From an uncultured beta proteobacterium (lineage in GTDB: Bacteria > Pseudomonadota > Gammaproteobacteria > Burkholderiales > Casimicrobiaceae): a DNA stretch of 64,000 nucleotides. Under the pieces are notes generated by a model. The model was not told the DNA's origin, made no database searches, and worked only from the letters and a program-made list of their open reading frames with translations. The first letter of the stretch is position 1; every line of letters starts with the position of its first letter. Positions 27,455 through 36,857 of this stretch are shown here, piece by piece. The stretch spans positions 261,808-325,807 of the forward strand of contig CAVZWA010000017.1 of NCBI GenBank assembly GCA_963778935.1. The letters are read 5' to 3'. The position numbers and the translations under genes were made by a program.

Positions 27455-28330
27455 TCATTTGGAAAGACGCTTCATCATGAAATACACCAGCGGCAACACC
27501 AGTGGCATGGCGCACACGATCGACGCCATCGACAGGTCGACCTGATCAAGGCGCAGATAGCGAATGCCCAGCGTAGCCAGCACGTGCGTGAGGTCAGCCG
27601 GACCACCCCCGGTCAGCAGATACACGCTGTTGAAGTCGCCCAGTGTCCAGATCATCGACAGGATGCTCGACGTGAGATAGAGCGTGCGCATCGACGGCCA
27701 CGTGATGAACTTGAATTTCTGCCAGTTGGTCGCACCGTCCACCGATGCAGCTTCGTACATTTCCTTCGGAATCGCCAACCGCCCGGCGATCAGGATGAGC
27801 GTCCAGAACGGCAGCGATTTCCAGATGTGCACCAGGATCGCCATCGTCAGCGCGATATACGGATCGTTGAGCCAGTTCGGCCCGTCCAACCCAGTGAAGC
27901 GGAAGATCACCGAATTGACGATCCCCCACTCCGGGTTGAGCATGAACCGGATCGACAGGATGGTCGGAATCGACGGCAACGCCCACGGCAGAATGAACAC
28001 CAGCGACAGCCACTTGATCCAGGTCCGCGCCTGCACGAAAAAGCCCGACAGAAACAACGCGACCATCATCTTCAGGTTGATGCCGACGATCAGGAAGAAC
28101 AGCGTGTTGACCACCGACCGCGCGAAGATCGGGTCGTCGACAAGGGCGACGTAACTTTCGGGATGCCGCGCCAGCCACAGACCGTAGCCAACGGGATAAA
28201 CAACGAACACAAGGAATACGACGACGTAAGGCGCAATGAGGATCATGCCCCATTTCTGCCACGGGGAGAGTCCCTTCTTGGCGGGTCCGGATGGCACCCG
28301 CTGCGCTTCGGGAAGGGCAATGCTGGCCAT
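27455..28330 (-). CDS. carbohydrate ABC transporter permease (MalF-like)
   Basis: 291 aa, six TM segments, EAA loop YEAASVDGATNWQKF. Confidence 0.9.
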   Translation of the reverse strand: MASIALPEAQRVPSGPAKKGLSPWQKWGMILIAPYVVVFLVFVVYPVGYGLWLARHPESYVALVDDPIFARSVVNTLFFLIVGINLKMMVALFLSGFFVQARTWIKWLSLVFILPWALPSIPTILSIRFMLNPEWGIVNSVIFRFTGLDGPNWLNDPYIALTMAILVHIWKSLPFWTLILIAGRLAIPKEMYEAASVDGATNWQKFKFITWPSMRTLYLTSSILSMIWTLGDFNSVYLLTGGGPADLTHVLATLGIRYLRLDQVDLSMASIVCAMPLVLPLVYFMMKRLSK

Positions 28331-28421
28331 GTAAGTGGCTTCCTCGGTTCAGGCGGAACGGCGGGCGTCACTCGCAGATACGAGGCCGCCCGCCTTTTTC
28401 GTCAACAACCCGCGGCCGTGT

Positions 28422-29789
28422 TCAGCCCGCGACCTGCTTGATCCGCGCAATCATTTCGTCGGTGGCCTTTTCCGGCGTCCAATTGTCGTTCACCACACGG
28501 CTCATCGCCTTGGCCCACACGTTCTCGTTGTTCAGGACCGTGAACTTGTAGTTCTTGGTGAACTCGAACGGCGTGGTGCCCGCACCGAACTGGTTGTACA
28601 CCGCCTTGCGATGCGGATCGGCCTGCCAGAACGCACTCTGCGTGCCCGCCTTGGTCACGGGGAACCAGCGTCCGAGCGAGCCTTCGACATAAGGCTGCAG
28701 ATTCTCTTCCTGCAGCAGGAAGGCCACGAACTCCTTCGCCCGCTTCTTGTTCTTCGAGGCCTCGAAGATCACGCCGGTCTTGACGGCCGCCCGGTAGATC
28801 ATCTTCGAACCGTCGGGCTTGTTCGGAAAACCGGCAGTCGCAATCAACTCGTCGTAGTTCTTCTTCCCTTGCGCACGCTGCTCAGCAGTGAGCGTCTCGT
28901 TCTTCGAATTATCGAGGTGCTGGGCGGCGATCGAAATCGTCGCGTTATGCGTCATCAGGATCGTCTTGTTGTGGAAGGCCACGTTGTTGTCGGGATCCTT
29001 CCAGCTCGTCGACGACGGCGGCGTGCAGCCGCGGGTGCGGATGCTGGTGTAGTCCTTGAGCGCGGCAACCAGCCCTGCCTTGACCTTGGGATCGTCGACC
29101 AACAGTTTACCGTTGTCGTCCACCAGCTTGACGTTGTATGCGTCGACGTAGGTCAGGAACGAATAGAACGAATCGCTGGAATCCACTCCCATCGGCTGGC
29201 CGACCGCGTAGGTGCGCTTGCCCGTCTTGGTCCGATGTGCGGGCTGCACCTTGTCGCACCAGAAGTCCCAATACGCCTTCCATCCCGCCGGGATGTCGGA
29301 TTCCTTGAAGCCCGCCTCGCCCAGCATGTCCTTCCAGTACTGGATGTGCATGGTCTGCTGCTTGATCGGGAACGCGTAGTAGGCCTTCTTCTTGGTCTTG
29401 TCGTTGTACAGATAGGTCGTCTCGATCGTATTCTTGAGGAAGCGGTCCTTCTGCGGCGTGATGATGTCCGAGATGTCCTCGAGCTTGCCGTCAAAGGCCC
29501 ACTTGCCAGTCACCTGGAAGTCGTACACATCGGCATACGCGACATCCGGCGGCGTGCCGGCGTCGAGCGCGGCCACCGTCTTCGGAATCATGTCCTGCAC
29601 CGGGTACTGCGACAAGTCGACCTTGACCTTGGTCTTGTCCTCGAACTTCTTGATCGCCGCGAACAGCGCGTCGTCCTCGGATTTATAGAAGCCCCTTACC
29701 CACCATACGGTAAGTACTTCCTGCGCCAGTACCTGCCCGGCGAACACCAACGCGCAACCGGCAACGATGCCGGTAAACAACTTCTTCAT
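28422..29789 (-). CDS. ABC transporter extracellular solute-binding protein (family 1, carbohydrate type)
   Basis: 455 aa, signal peptide MKKLFTGIVAGCALVFAGQVLAQE. Trp/Lys/Asp-rich periplasmic SBP composition. First gene of the ABC operon. Confidence 0.9.
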   Translation of the reverse strand: MKKLFTGIVAGCALVFAGQVLAQEVLTVWWVRGFYKSEDDALFAAIKKFEDKTKVKVDLSQYPVQDMIPKTVAALDAGTPPDVAYADVYDFQVTGKWAFDGKLEDISDIITPQKDRFLKNTIETTYLYNDKTKKKAYYAFPIKQQTMHIQYWKDMLGEAGFKESDIPAGWKAYWDFWCDKVQPAHRTKTGKRTYAVGQPMGVDSSDSFYSFLTYVDAYNVKLVDDNGKLLVDDPKVKAGLVAALKDYTSIRTRGCTPPSSTSWKDPDNNVAFHNKTILMTHNATISIAAQHLDNSKNETLTAEQRAQGKKNYDELIATAGFPNKPDGSKMIYRAAVKTGVIFEASKNKKRAKEFVAFLLQEENLQPYVEGSLGRWFPVTKAGTQSAFWQADPHRKAVYNQFGAGTTPFEFTKNYKFTVLNNENVWAKAMSRVVNDNWTPEKATDEMIARIKQVAG

Positions 29790-29908
29790 GGAACTCCTCC
29801 TGTTGCGGAATGAACTGCGGACCCCTGAATGCGTAGCTCTGTGGCTCTATGGCCGACGGTCCGTGCCAGCGTACGGGCAAGGCCCGGTGCTGTCAATCGA
29901 CGTACCGC

Positions 29909-31444
29909 TTACATCACCGCCCCCAGATACCAGGGTACGAATTCGTTCTGGCCGTAGCCGTGGCGCTCACTCTTGCTCTTCGCACCGGACGCCGTGTCGA
30001 GAATCATCTGGAAGAAGCGCTCACCCATTTGCTCGACGCTCGCCGTGCCATCGACGATCTCGCCGCAATTGATGTCGATGTCTTCTTCCTGTCGATTCCA
30101 CAGCGCCGTATTGGTCGACAATTTCAGCGAGGGCGACGGTGCGCAACCGTAGGCCGAACCGCGGCCAGTGGTGAAGCAGATCATGTTGGCACCGCCCGCG
30201 ACCTGCCCCGTCGCGGACACCGGGTCGTAGCCCGGCGTGTCCATGTAGACGAAGCCCTTCGCGGTGACTGGCTCCGCATATTCGTAAACGGCAACGAGAT
30301 TGGTGGTGCCACCTTTGGCGACTGCCCCCAGCGATTTTTCGAGAATCGTGGTCAGACCGCCCGCCTTGTTGCCGGGTGAAGGGTTGTTGTTCATTTCGCC
30401 CTTGTTGCGCGTGGTGTATTCCTCCCACCACTTGATGCGGGAAATGAGCTTTTCACCGACATCGCGCGACACCGCGCGTCGCGTGAGCAGATGCTCGGCA
30501 CCGTAGATCTCGGGAGTTTCCGAGAGGATGGCCGTGCCGCCGTGGCGTACCAGCAGGTCGACTGCCGCGCCCAGCGCCGGATTGGCGGTAATGCCCGAGT
30601 AGCCGTCGGAACCTCCGCACTGCAGGCCCAGCACCAGATGGCTCGCCGGCACCGCCTCGCGGTGCACCTTGTTCGCCTGCGGCAACATGTCCTTGACCAT
30701 CGCAATCCCTGCTGCGATCGACTTGCCGGTGCCTCCCGTGTCCTGGATGCTGAACGTGCGCAGCAGCGTGCTCTCTTCAAGCTGTTCCGCCCCGAGCAGC
30801 GCATTGATCTGGTTGGCTTCGCAGCCGAGACCGACGATGAGCACGCCGGCGAAGTTGGGATGCCGCGCGTAGCCGCCGAGCGTGCGTCGAAGGACTTGCA
30901 TGCTCTCGCCCTGCACGTCCATGCCGCAGCCGCTGCCGTGCGTGAGCGCAACGACACCGTCGACATTCGGAAACGATGCCAGCGCATCGCCCTTGAATGC
31001 GTCGGCGATGCCGTGCGCGACCGTCGCTGAACAGTTCACCGTCGACAGGATGCCGATGTAGTTGCGCGTGGCGACGCGACCCTTGTTGGGACCTTCCTTC
31101 CGCACGATGCCCTGGAAGGTGGCGGGAGCGTCGACGTATTGCGTCGGCTTGGCATCCGCGCCGAACGCGTAGTCGCGGCTGAATTCGCCCATCGCCAGAT
31201 TGTGGAGATGAACGTGCTCGCCCGCCGCGATCGGCCGCTTCGCAAAGCCGATGATCTGGTTGTAGCGCTTCACCGGCTCGCCCACTGCAATATCTCGTGT
31301 CGCGACCTTGTGCCCCGGAGGGATCAGGCCGGAGACAGGCACTTTTTCGTCGATGAGGGTCGTCCCGGTAACGAGCTGCTGCCGGGCGATGACGACGTCG
31401 TCGTTGGCGTGCAAGCGGATGGTGAGGGACGTCTTGGTCAGCAT
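29909..31444 (-). CDS. UxaA-family dehydratase, fused form (galactarate / altronate dehydratase-like)
   Basis: 511 aa with SAF and catalytic domains in a single polypeptide (GHKVA, GEHVHLHN, GLGCE, QCGGSDG, FTTGRGS). Confidence 0.9.
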   Translation of the reverse strand: MLTKTSLTIRLHANDDVVIARQQLVTGTTLIDEKVPVSGLIPPGHKVATRDIAVGEPVKRYNQIIGFAKRPIAAGEHVHLHNLAMGEFSRDYAFGADAKPTQYVDAPATFQGIVRKEGPNKGRVATRNYIGILSTVNCSATVAHGIADAFKGDALASFPNVDGVVALTHGSGCGMDVQGESMQVLRRTLGGYARHPNFAGVLIVGLGCEANQINALLGAEQLEESTLLRTFSIQDTGGTGKSIAAGIAMVKDMLPQANKVHREAVPASHLVLGLQCGGSDGYSGITANPALGAAVDLLVRHGGTAILSETPEIYGAEHLLTRRAVSRDVGEKLISRIKWWEEYTTRNKGEMNNNPSPGNKAGGLTTILEKSLGAVAKGGTTNLVAVYEYAEPVTAKGFVYMDTPGYDPVSATGQVAGGANMICFTTGRGSAYGCAPSPSLKLSTNTALWNRQEEDIDINCGEIVDGTASVEQMGERFFQMILDTASGAKSKSERHGYGQNEFVPWYLGAVM

Positions 31445-31478
31445 GATTTGACTCCTTCGATGGAACGACGCTCGCCAT

Positions 31479-32882
31479 TTACCGGTAGAGGAGCGTGGGC
31501 AGCCATAGCGAGATGGCCGGGACGTAGGTGATCAGGATGAGGCTAGCCAGCAACGGCACGAGCCACGGCAGGATGGCCATCGTCGTGCGTTCGAGCGACA
31601 TTTGCGCCACTCGCGCGAGCACGAACAGGACAATGCCCATCGGTGGATGCAGCAGCCCGATCATCAGGTTCAGCACGACGATGAGGCCGAAATGCACCGG
31701 ATCGATCCCAAGTTGCGTGACCACGGGCATGAGCACCGGCACCGCGATCAGAATGGCCGCCGTCGGCTCCAGGAAGCAGCCGACGAACAGAAACAGAGCG
31801 TTGACGAGGAGCAGGAACACCCACGGCGTGTGCGTGAACCCCAGCACCCACGCGGTGACCATGTCGGTGACGCGCGTTGCGGTCAAAAGCCAGCCGAAGA
31901 TCGACGCCGCGGCGACAATGAAAAGCACCGTCGCCGTGGTCTCGATCGTCTCCATGGACACTTTGACGAGCATCTTGGGGGTCAGCGTCCGGTACCAGAA
32001 AAGGCCAAGGAAGAGCGCCCAGATCGACGCGGCCACCGCACCCTCGGTCGGCGTGAATATCCCCGTCGTCATACCGCCGATCAGGAGCACGGGCGTCATG
32101 ATCGGCAGCACCGCCTCGAACTTCCATTTCCAGTCGGCGGCGAACAGGATCACCATCGCCACCGCGGTGACAGCAGGGGGGTTACCTCCGGCGATGACGC
32201 CAGCCCAGATCACCAGCGGGAAGGCGATGACGATGCAAAGCTCGAGCGTGGCCTTGCCCACCCTGCTCCACACGAACTTGATGTCGGCGCCCCAGTTATT
32301 CTTGTGCGCGTAGTAGGCGACGGTCAGCATCATCAGAATCGTCATCACCAGGCCGGGCAGGATGCCGGCAAGGAACAGCTGGCCGATCGAGACGTTCGCC
32401 ACCATCCCGTAGATCACGAACGGCAGGGACGGTGGGATGATCGGCCCCAGCGTCGCGGAGGCCGCGGTGACGCCCACGGAAAACTCCTTCGAGTAGCCGT
32501 GGTCGCGCATCGCCTTGATCTCGATCGTACCGAGTCCGGCCGCGTCGGCGATGGCGGTCCCCGACATGCCAGCGAAGATCACCGAGCCGATGATGTTGAC
32601 GTGGCCGAGGCCGCCCTTCATCCAGCCGACGAGCGCCAGCGCAAAGTTGTAGATGCGGTTGGTGATGCCGGCGTTGTTCATGAGGTTGCCGGCCAGGATG
32701 AAAAAAGGTACGGCGAGCAGCGGAAAGCTGTCGAGGCCGCTGATCATCCGATGCACTACGACCATCGGCGGCGTGCTGCCCGACACCCAGATGTAGATCA
32801 GGGCGGAACCCGCCATGGCGATGGCCACCGGAATGCCGGTGATCATCAACGCGAGGAAAGAACCGAGCAGCGCGCCGGTCAT
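31479..32882 (-). CDS. TRAP transporter large permease (DctM family), module 3
   Basis: 467 aa from ATG 32882 (MTGALLGSFLALMITGIPVA...). Polytopic, with FFILAGNLM and GPIIPPS motifs. Confidence 0.9.
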   Translation of the reverse strand: MTGALLGSFLALMITGIPVAIAMAGSALIYIWVSGSTPPMVVVHRMISGLDSFPLLAVPFFILAGNLMNNAGITNRIYNFALALVGWMKGGLGHVNIIGSVIFAGMSGTAIADAAGLGTIEIKAMRDHGYSKEFSVGVTAASATLGPIIPPSLPFVIYGMVANVSIGQLFLAGILPGLVMTILMMLTVAYYAHKNNWGADIKFVWSRVGKATLELCIVIAFPLVIWAGVIAGGNPPAVTAVAMVILFAADWKWKFEAVLPIMTPVLLIGGMTTGIFTPTEGAVAASIWALFLGLFWYRTLTPKMLVKVSMETIETTATVLFIVAAASIFGWLLTATRVTDMVTAWVLGFTHTPWVFLLLVNALFLFVGCFLEPTAAILIAVPVLMPVVTQLGIDPVHFGLIVVLNLMIGLLHPPMGIVLFVLARVAQMSLERTTMAILPWLVPLLASLILITYVPAISLWLPTLLYR

Positions 32883-32982
32883 GATGCCCCCCCCGAAGTC
32901 GCTTCGCGACCTCCCCCCAAGGGGGGGCGAGCGCCTTGGGACGGCCCGGCGGCGCTCAGCATGCCCCCCGCAGTCGCGGCGC
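32883..32982. repeat. REP-like palindromic element, family A (between dctQ and dctM cistrons)
   Basis: CCCCCCCGAAG...CTCCCCCCAAGGGGGGG...CTTGGGACGGCC. Same family as 27358-27454 in inverted orientation. It fills the whole 100-bp gap of an otherwise contiguous Q-M pair. Confidence 0.75.
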
Positions 32983-33567
32983 TCATTCGATGTGCTCCTC
33001 GATTGCATGCTCGGGTCGTTCGAGCAGGCTGAAGCCGCGCCGCCAGTTCTCGATCGCGACCTGCACCGAGCGGAACGCCGCGGCGGCGAAGCCGATCGTG
33101 CAAACGCCGTAGATCAGGTTCATCGGCAGGTCGATGATGGTCATCTTGAGCGAGCTCATCCGCAGCATCATCTGGATGGTGAGGCCAACGGCGATCGCGA
33201 AGAACGCGATCCGCCCGAGGTCGACCAGTGTGGACAATGCGCGACCCGCCGGCGCGGGGATGAGCCGGTACAGGAAGTCCACGTGGATATGCCGGGTCCG
33301 CCGCACGGCTGCAGCGACGCCCATGAACACCGTGCAGATCAGCAGATAGCGCGCGATCTCCTCGGTCCACGCCGCGGAGTCGTTCAAGACATACCGTGTG
33401 AAGAACTGGTAGAACACGTTGAGGCCGAGCAGCCAGAAGAACGCCAGCGACGCCCAGTCTTCGATGAGGTACTCACTGAGGTCGATCGGCGCATCCTCGA
33501 CGTGAAAATGGCCCTCTTCGTCGAGAACCTTTGCCGCCTTGGGTGCGCTGCCTTGGGGATCGTTCAT
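32983..33567 (-). CDS. TRAP transporter small permease (DctQ family), module 3
   Basis: 194 aa from ATG 33567 (MNDPQGSAPK...). Contains WTEEIARY and four TM segments. The upstream part of ORF 32983..33702 is translated REP sequence. Confidence 0.8.
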   Translation of the reverse strand: MNDPQGSAPKAAKVLDEEGHFHVEDAPIDLSEYLIEDWASLAFFWLLGLNVFYQFFTRYVLNDSAAWTEEIARYLLICTVFMGVAAAVRRTRHIHVDFLYRLIPAPAGRALSTLVDLGRIAFFAIAVGLTIQMMLRMSSLKMTIIDLPMNLIYGVCTIGFAAAAFRSVQVAIENWRRGFSLLERPEHAIEEHIE

Positions 33568-33656
33568 GGAAAGCCGCCGTTCATCCGCCTGCATGAAGAG
33601 ATCGTCGTCCTCGCACAGGCGGGGACCCGGTGTCCTTGGTTCACGCCAGAAGACAC

Positions 33657-33751
33657 TGGATCCCCGCTTTCGCGGGGATGACGCATTCCAGAAACGTCGC
33701 AAGCATTCAACACGTCGGCAACTGGATCCCCGCTTGCGCGGGGATGACGCA
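33657..33751. repeat. REP-like elements, family C, two direct copies
   Basis: CTGGATCCCCGCTTTCGCGGGGATGACGCA (33657-33686) and CTGGATCCCCGCTTGCGCGGGGATGACGCA (33722-33751). Each has an ATCCCCGC/GCGGGGAT stem. Confidence 0.8.
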
Positions 33752-33801
33752 GTTGTCTCCGATCGCCACGAGGCTTCGCCTCTTGCTCTCGGACAACTGC
33801 G

Positions 33802-34773
33802 TCACTTGATCGCGACGATGCGGTCGTAGTCCTTCTTGTCGAAGCCCATCGACTCGAGCGGCGTGTTCTTCAGCACGGCGTCCGAGAAGCTCTTGCGGTC
33901 CACCACCACGATCTGCAGGCCCTTCTTCTTGAACTCGTCGGTGAGCTCGGCTTCGCGCGCCTTGATCTTGGCGGTCGCGCGCGCGGCGGCTTCCAGCGTG
34001 ACTTCGGTGAAGATCGCCTTTTCCTCGGGCGTCAGCTTGTTCCACACGTGCGGCGCGACCTGCGTGGTGAGCCCGTCCACGATGTGGCCGGTCATCATGA
34101 TCGCCTTCTGCACTTCGTAGAACTTCTTGGCCTCGATCGTCGTCAGCGGGTTTTCCTGCGCGTCGACCGTGCCGTTTTGCAACGCGAGGTAGACCTCGGC
34201 GAAGGCGATCGGCGTCGGGTTCGCGCCGCAGGCCTTCGGTGTCGCCAGGTAGACGGGCACGTCGGGCACGCGGATCTTCAGGCCCTTCATCCCGGCGCAA
34301 TCCGTGAACGCCTTCTGCGCCGTCGTGTGGCGCGCACCGTAGTACGTGTAGGCAGTGATCTGGATACCGGTCTTCTCGCGGTAACCGTCGACCATTTCCT
34401 TGAACACCGGGCTCTTGGAGTACGCGATCAGGTGATCGCCGTCGCGGAAGATGAACGGGTAGTAGGCGATGCCGAGCCGCGGATAGCTGCGCGCCGCGAA
34501 CGACGGGCCGCTGATGATCATGTCGACCGTGCCAAGCGTCATGCCCTGGTTGATGTCGGTTTCCTTGCCGAGCGTGCTCGCCGGAAACACTTCGATATCG
34601 AATTTTCCGTTGGTGCGTTTCTTGATTTCAGCCGCCGCCCACACCGATTCGGTATGGTACGGCTCGCTCACTTCGTACACGTGCGCCCACTTCAGTTTCT
34701 GCTGTGCGAAAACGCTGCCCGTCGCGATGCACATCACCCCGATGATCAGGGCCAGTTTTCCAATCCAACGCAT
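33802..34773 (-). CDS. TRAP transporter substrate-binding protein (DctP family), module 3
   Basis: 323 aa, signal peptide ...GSVFAQQ. YGARHTT (Arg present) and MKGLKIRV motifs. Confidence 0.9.
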   Translation of the reverse strand: MRWIGKLALIIGVMCIATGSVFAQQKLKWAHVYEVSEPYHTESVWAAAEIKKRTNGKFDIEVFPASTLGKETDINQGMTLGTVDMIISGPSFAARSYPRLGIAYYPFIFRDGDHLIAYSKSPVFKEMVDGYREKTGIQITAYTYYGARHTTAQKAFTDCAGMKGLKIRVPDVPVYLATPKACGANPTPIAFAEVYLALQNGTVDAQENPLTTIEAKKFYEVQKAIMMTGHIVDGLTTQVAPHVWNKLTPEEKAIFTEVTLEAAARATAKIKAREAELTDEFKKKGLQIVVVDRKSFSDAVLKNTPLESMGFDKKDYDRIVAIK

Positions 34774-34798
34774 GGTGTTCCTCCTATTGTTGAAAATC

Positions 34799-34952
34799 CG
34801 TGAAGGGTAAAATCTGTGAAGAAGTGAAAGAGTGAAGGAGTGAAAAACTCACCCTATCTTGACGCTTTCCCTCATTCACCCATTCACTCCTTCACTGCCT
34901 TCATATCATTCACGCCTTCACTTTTTTCACTCACGCTTTTCACTGCATTCAC
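34799..34952. repeat. GTGAA pentamer array arranged as a large imperfect inverted repeat
   Basis: Five GTGAA on the plus strand (34800, 34816, 34824, 34832, 34840). Eight TTCAC (34875, 34883, 34891, 34909, 34917, 34926, 34939, 34948). Spacing is mostly 8-9 nt. The array lies between the Zn-ADH stop and the dctP start. Confidence 0.8.
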
Positions 34953-35974
34953 GCCGCGATCAGTTGCACCTTGGTACTTTGGGTCTTGTCTTTTGCAAGC
35001 TCGAATGCCTTGACCGCGTCCTTGAGCGGAAATTGGCCGGAAAGCAGCGGCTTGACGTCGACGCGGCCCGACGCGATGTATTCGACCGCCCAGTCGAATT
35101 CGATGCCCCAGCGGAACGCGCCCTTGAGGTCGAGTTCCTTGCTCATGATTTCGTTGACGACGAACGGCAGTGGCTCGTGCGGCAAGGTCCCGATCTGCAC
35201 GACCGTGCCGCCGCGCTTGGCGGCAGCCACGCACGCCTTGAGCGCAGCGAAACTGCCCGAGGCCTCGAACGCCACGTCGAATTGCGGTGACGCGAGTGCA
35301 TCGGCTTCCTTGTCGCCCCGGATGGTTCGCGCCGCACCCACGGCGCGCGCCGTCGCGAGCGGCCGGTCCAGCACGTCGGACACGGTGACCGACGTCGCTC
35401 CGGCAAGCCGCGCGGCGATGACGGTCAGGCAGCCGATCGTCCCGCCTCCGGTGACCAGAACGTTCTTGCCGAGCAGGTCGCCGGCGCGGTTGACCGCGTG
35501 GAGGCCGACTGCAAGCGGCTCGGCAAAAGCAATTTCACCCAGACTCACATTGCCCGTCACCGGGTAGCACTGGCGCTCGGCCATCACGAAGTATTCGCTG
35601 AACATGCCCTGCACGTGCGGATACAGGCTGGCGCTCCCCAGGAAGCGCATGTTGCGGCACAGGTGCTCGCGGCCTTCGCGGCAATAGTCGCAATGGCCGC
35701 ACGCGTGCGACGGACTCACCGCGATCTTGTCGCCAACCTTGACGCGGGTCACGCCGGCGCCGATCCGCGCCACCACGCCCGAGGCTTCATGGCCGGGTAT
35801 CAGCGGCTCGCGCACGATGAAGCTGCCGTTGCGGCCTTCGAAATAGTAGTGCAGGTCGGACCCGCAGATGCCGCCCGCGCCGAGCCGGATCAACACCTGG
35901 CCCGGCGCGACTGCGGGTTCGTCGGCGGTCTCGATGCGCAGGTCTTCCTTGGCGTGAATGCGGCAGGTCATCAT
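34949..35974 (-). CDS. zinc-dependent MDR dehydrogenase (L-idonate 5-dehydrogenase / sorbitol dehydrogenase-like)
   Basis: 341 aa. GICGSDLHYY, GHEASG, structural Zn site CGHCDYCREGREHLC, Rossmann VTGGGTIG. Confidence 0.88.
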   Translation of the reverse strand: MMTCRIHAKEDLRIETADEPAVAPGQVLIRLGAGGICGSDLHYYFEGRNGSFIVREPLIPGHEASGVVARIGAGVTRVKVGDKIAVSPSHACGHCDYCREGREHLCRNMRFLGSASLYPHVQGMFSEYFVMAERQCYPVTGNVSLGEIAFAEPLAVGLHAVNRAGDLLGKNVLVTGGGTIGCLTVIAARLAGATSVTVSDVLDRPLATARAVGAARTIRGDKEADALASPQFDVAFEASGSFAALKACVAAAKRGGTVVQIGTLPHEPLPFVVNEIMSKELDLKGAFRWGIEFDWAVEYIASGRVDVKPLLSGQFPLKDAVKAFELAKDKTQSTKVQLIAA

Positions 35975-35986
35975 GGTCCGTCCCTC

Positions 35987-36691
35987 CTATTGAATCGCGT
36001 CCCAGCCGGTGCTGAAGCGCTTGTGCGCATGGTTCAGGTGCCGTTGCATTGCAGTACGCGCGCCGGACTGATCGTGCGCGGCGATCGCCTTGAATACCGC
36101 GCGATGCTCGGCCAGCGCAGCTTCCCACAGATCCGGCGAGTCGTAATGATGTTCGAGTTGCTTGTACAGCGGGCCCGAGCGCTCCTCCCATAGCATCCTG
36201 ACCACTTGCACCAGTGCGCCATTGCCGGTCGCTTCGGCGATGCGCAAATGAAACAGTCGATCTGCGGCGAGTGGCGGCTTGCCCACATGGTGATCGTCCT
36301 GCATCATCGCCAGCGCCTCCTCGATCGCGGCGACTTGTGGCTTCTTGGCGGACTTCGCCGCCAGCGCAGCACATTCACCTTCGATCAACCAGCGCGCGCG
36401 CAACAGCTCGAACGGCCCCGCTGTAGCTTCGACTTCGCCGTCACCGCTGTTGGCGTGGCTCCCGTTGAGCACATAGATCCCGGAACCGATCCGAACGTCG
36501 ACGAGTCCTTCGACTTCCAGCGCGATCAGCGCTTCGCGCACCGACGGCCGCGACACACCGAGCTGCCGCGCAAGGTCACGTTCCGGGGGTAAGCGCGATC
36601 CGGCCGGGAACTCGCCGGAACGGACCAGCGTGCGTATCTGGTCCGCGATCTGGCGGTACAGCCGGCGTGGCTCGATGCTCTGGATCGGCAT
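35987..36691 (-). CDS. GntR/FadR-family transcriptional regulator
   Basis: 234 aa. wHTH LGVSRPSVREALIALEVEGLV plus an FCD domain. Divergent from the SDR-FAH operon. Confidence 0.9.
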   Translation of the reverse strand: MPIQSIEPRRLYRQIADQIRTLVRSGEFPAGSRLPPERDLARQLGVSRPSVREALIALEVEGLVDVRIGSGIYVLNGSHANSGDGEVEATAGPFELLRARWLIEGECAALAAKSAKKPQVAAIEEALAMMQDDHHVGKPPLAADRLFHLRIAEATGNGALVQVVRMLWEERSGPLYKQLEHHYDSPDLWEAALAEHRAVFKAIAAHDQSGARTAMQRHLNHAHKRFSTGWDAIQ

Positions 36692-36780
36692 GGGTCCCTA
36701 TGGCGCGCTCGCCGGTGGGACAGCACCGCCGTCGGCTTTTGTGCAAACGCGCTAGCTAATCAAAATACGGACAAGTGGTC

Positions 36781-36798
36781 AAGTGGTTTTACCAATTT
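36781..36798. promoter_or_regulatory. candidate FadR/PdhR-type operator AAGTGGTTTTACCAATTT
   Basis: TGGT-TTT-ACCA dyad at 36784-36794 in the divergent intergenic region. It resembles the (A)ATTGGT-N3-ACCAAT(T) boxes of LldR/PdhR-type GntR regulators. It is preceded by a direct AAGTGGT repeat (36773-36779). Confidence 0.45.
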
Positions 36799-36857
36799 CA
36801 CGGCTTCGCGGCAAGTCTTGATACACTACGCGGTCCAAAAGCAGGGGGAGAACGGGC

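Noticed and set aside
28335-29813. 492-aa ORF on the plus strand
   Set aside because: It is antisense to the ABC solute-binding protein gene. It has an Arg/Leu/Val-rich low-information sequence, no RBS, and conflicts with a well-supported operon.
31602-33032. 476-aa ORF on the plus strand, plus the other long alternative-frame ORFs over the TRAP permeases (for example 11045..12034 and 15865..16761)
   Set aside because: They lie antisense or out of frame relative to polytopic DctM genes. Their His/Arg/Asp-rich translations are not membrane or enzyme-like.
33539-33829. Short ORFs translating REP elements (for example 33539..33829, 58992..59273, 58202..58990, 42624..42809 and 34859..35290)
   Set aside because: Their only distinctive peptide strings (IPAQAGIQ / RGDD-type, LRTGFGKLRTG-type, FTPSLPSYHS-type) are the repeats themselves, read through in whichever frame happens to be open. 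They have no RBS and overlap real genes.
34832-34852. CRP/FNR-type site within the GTGAA array (GTGAAAAACTCAC)
   Set aside because: The half-site spacing is N5, not the N6 required for TGTGA-N6-TCACA. The motif is better explained as part of the periodic pentamer array.
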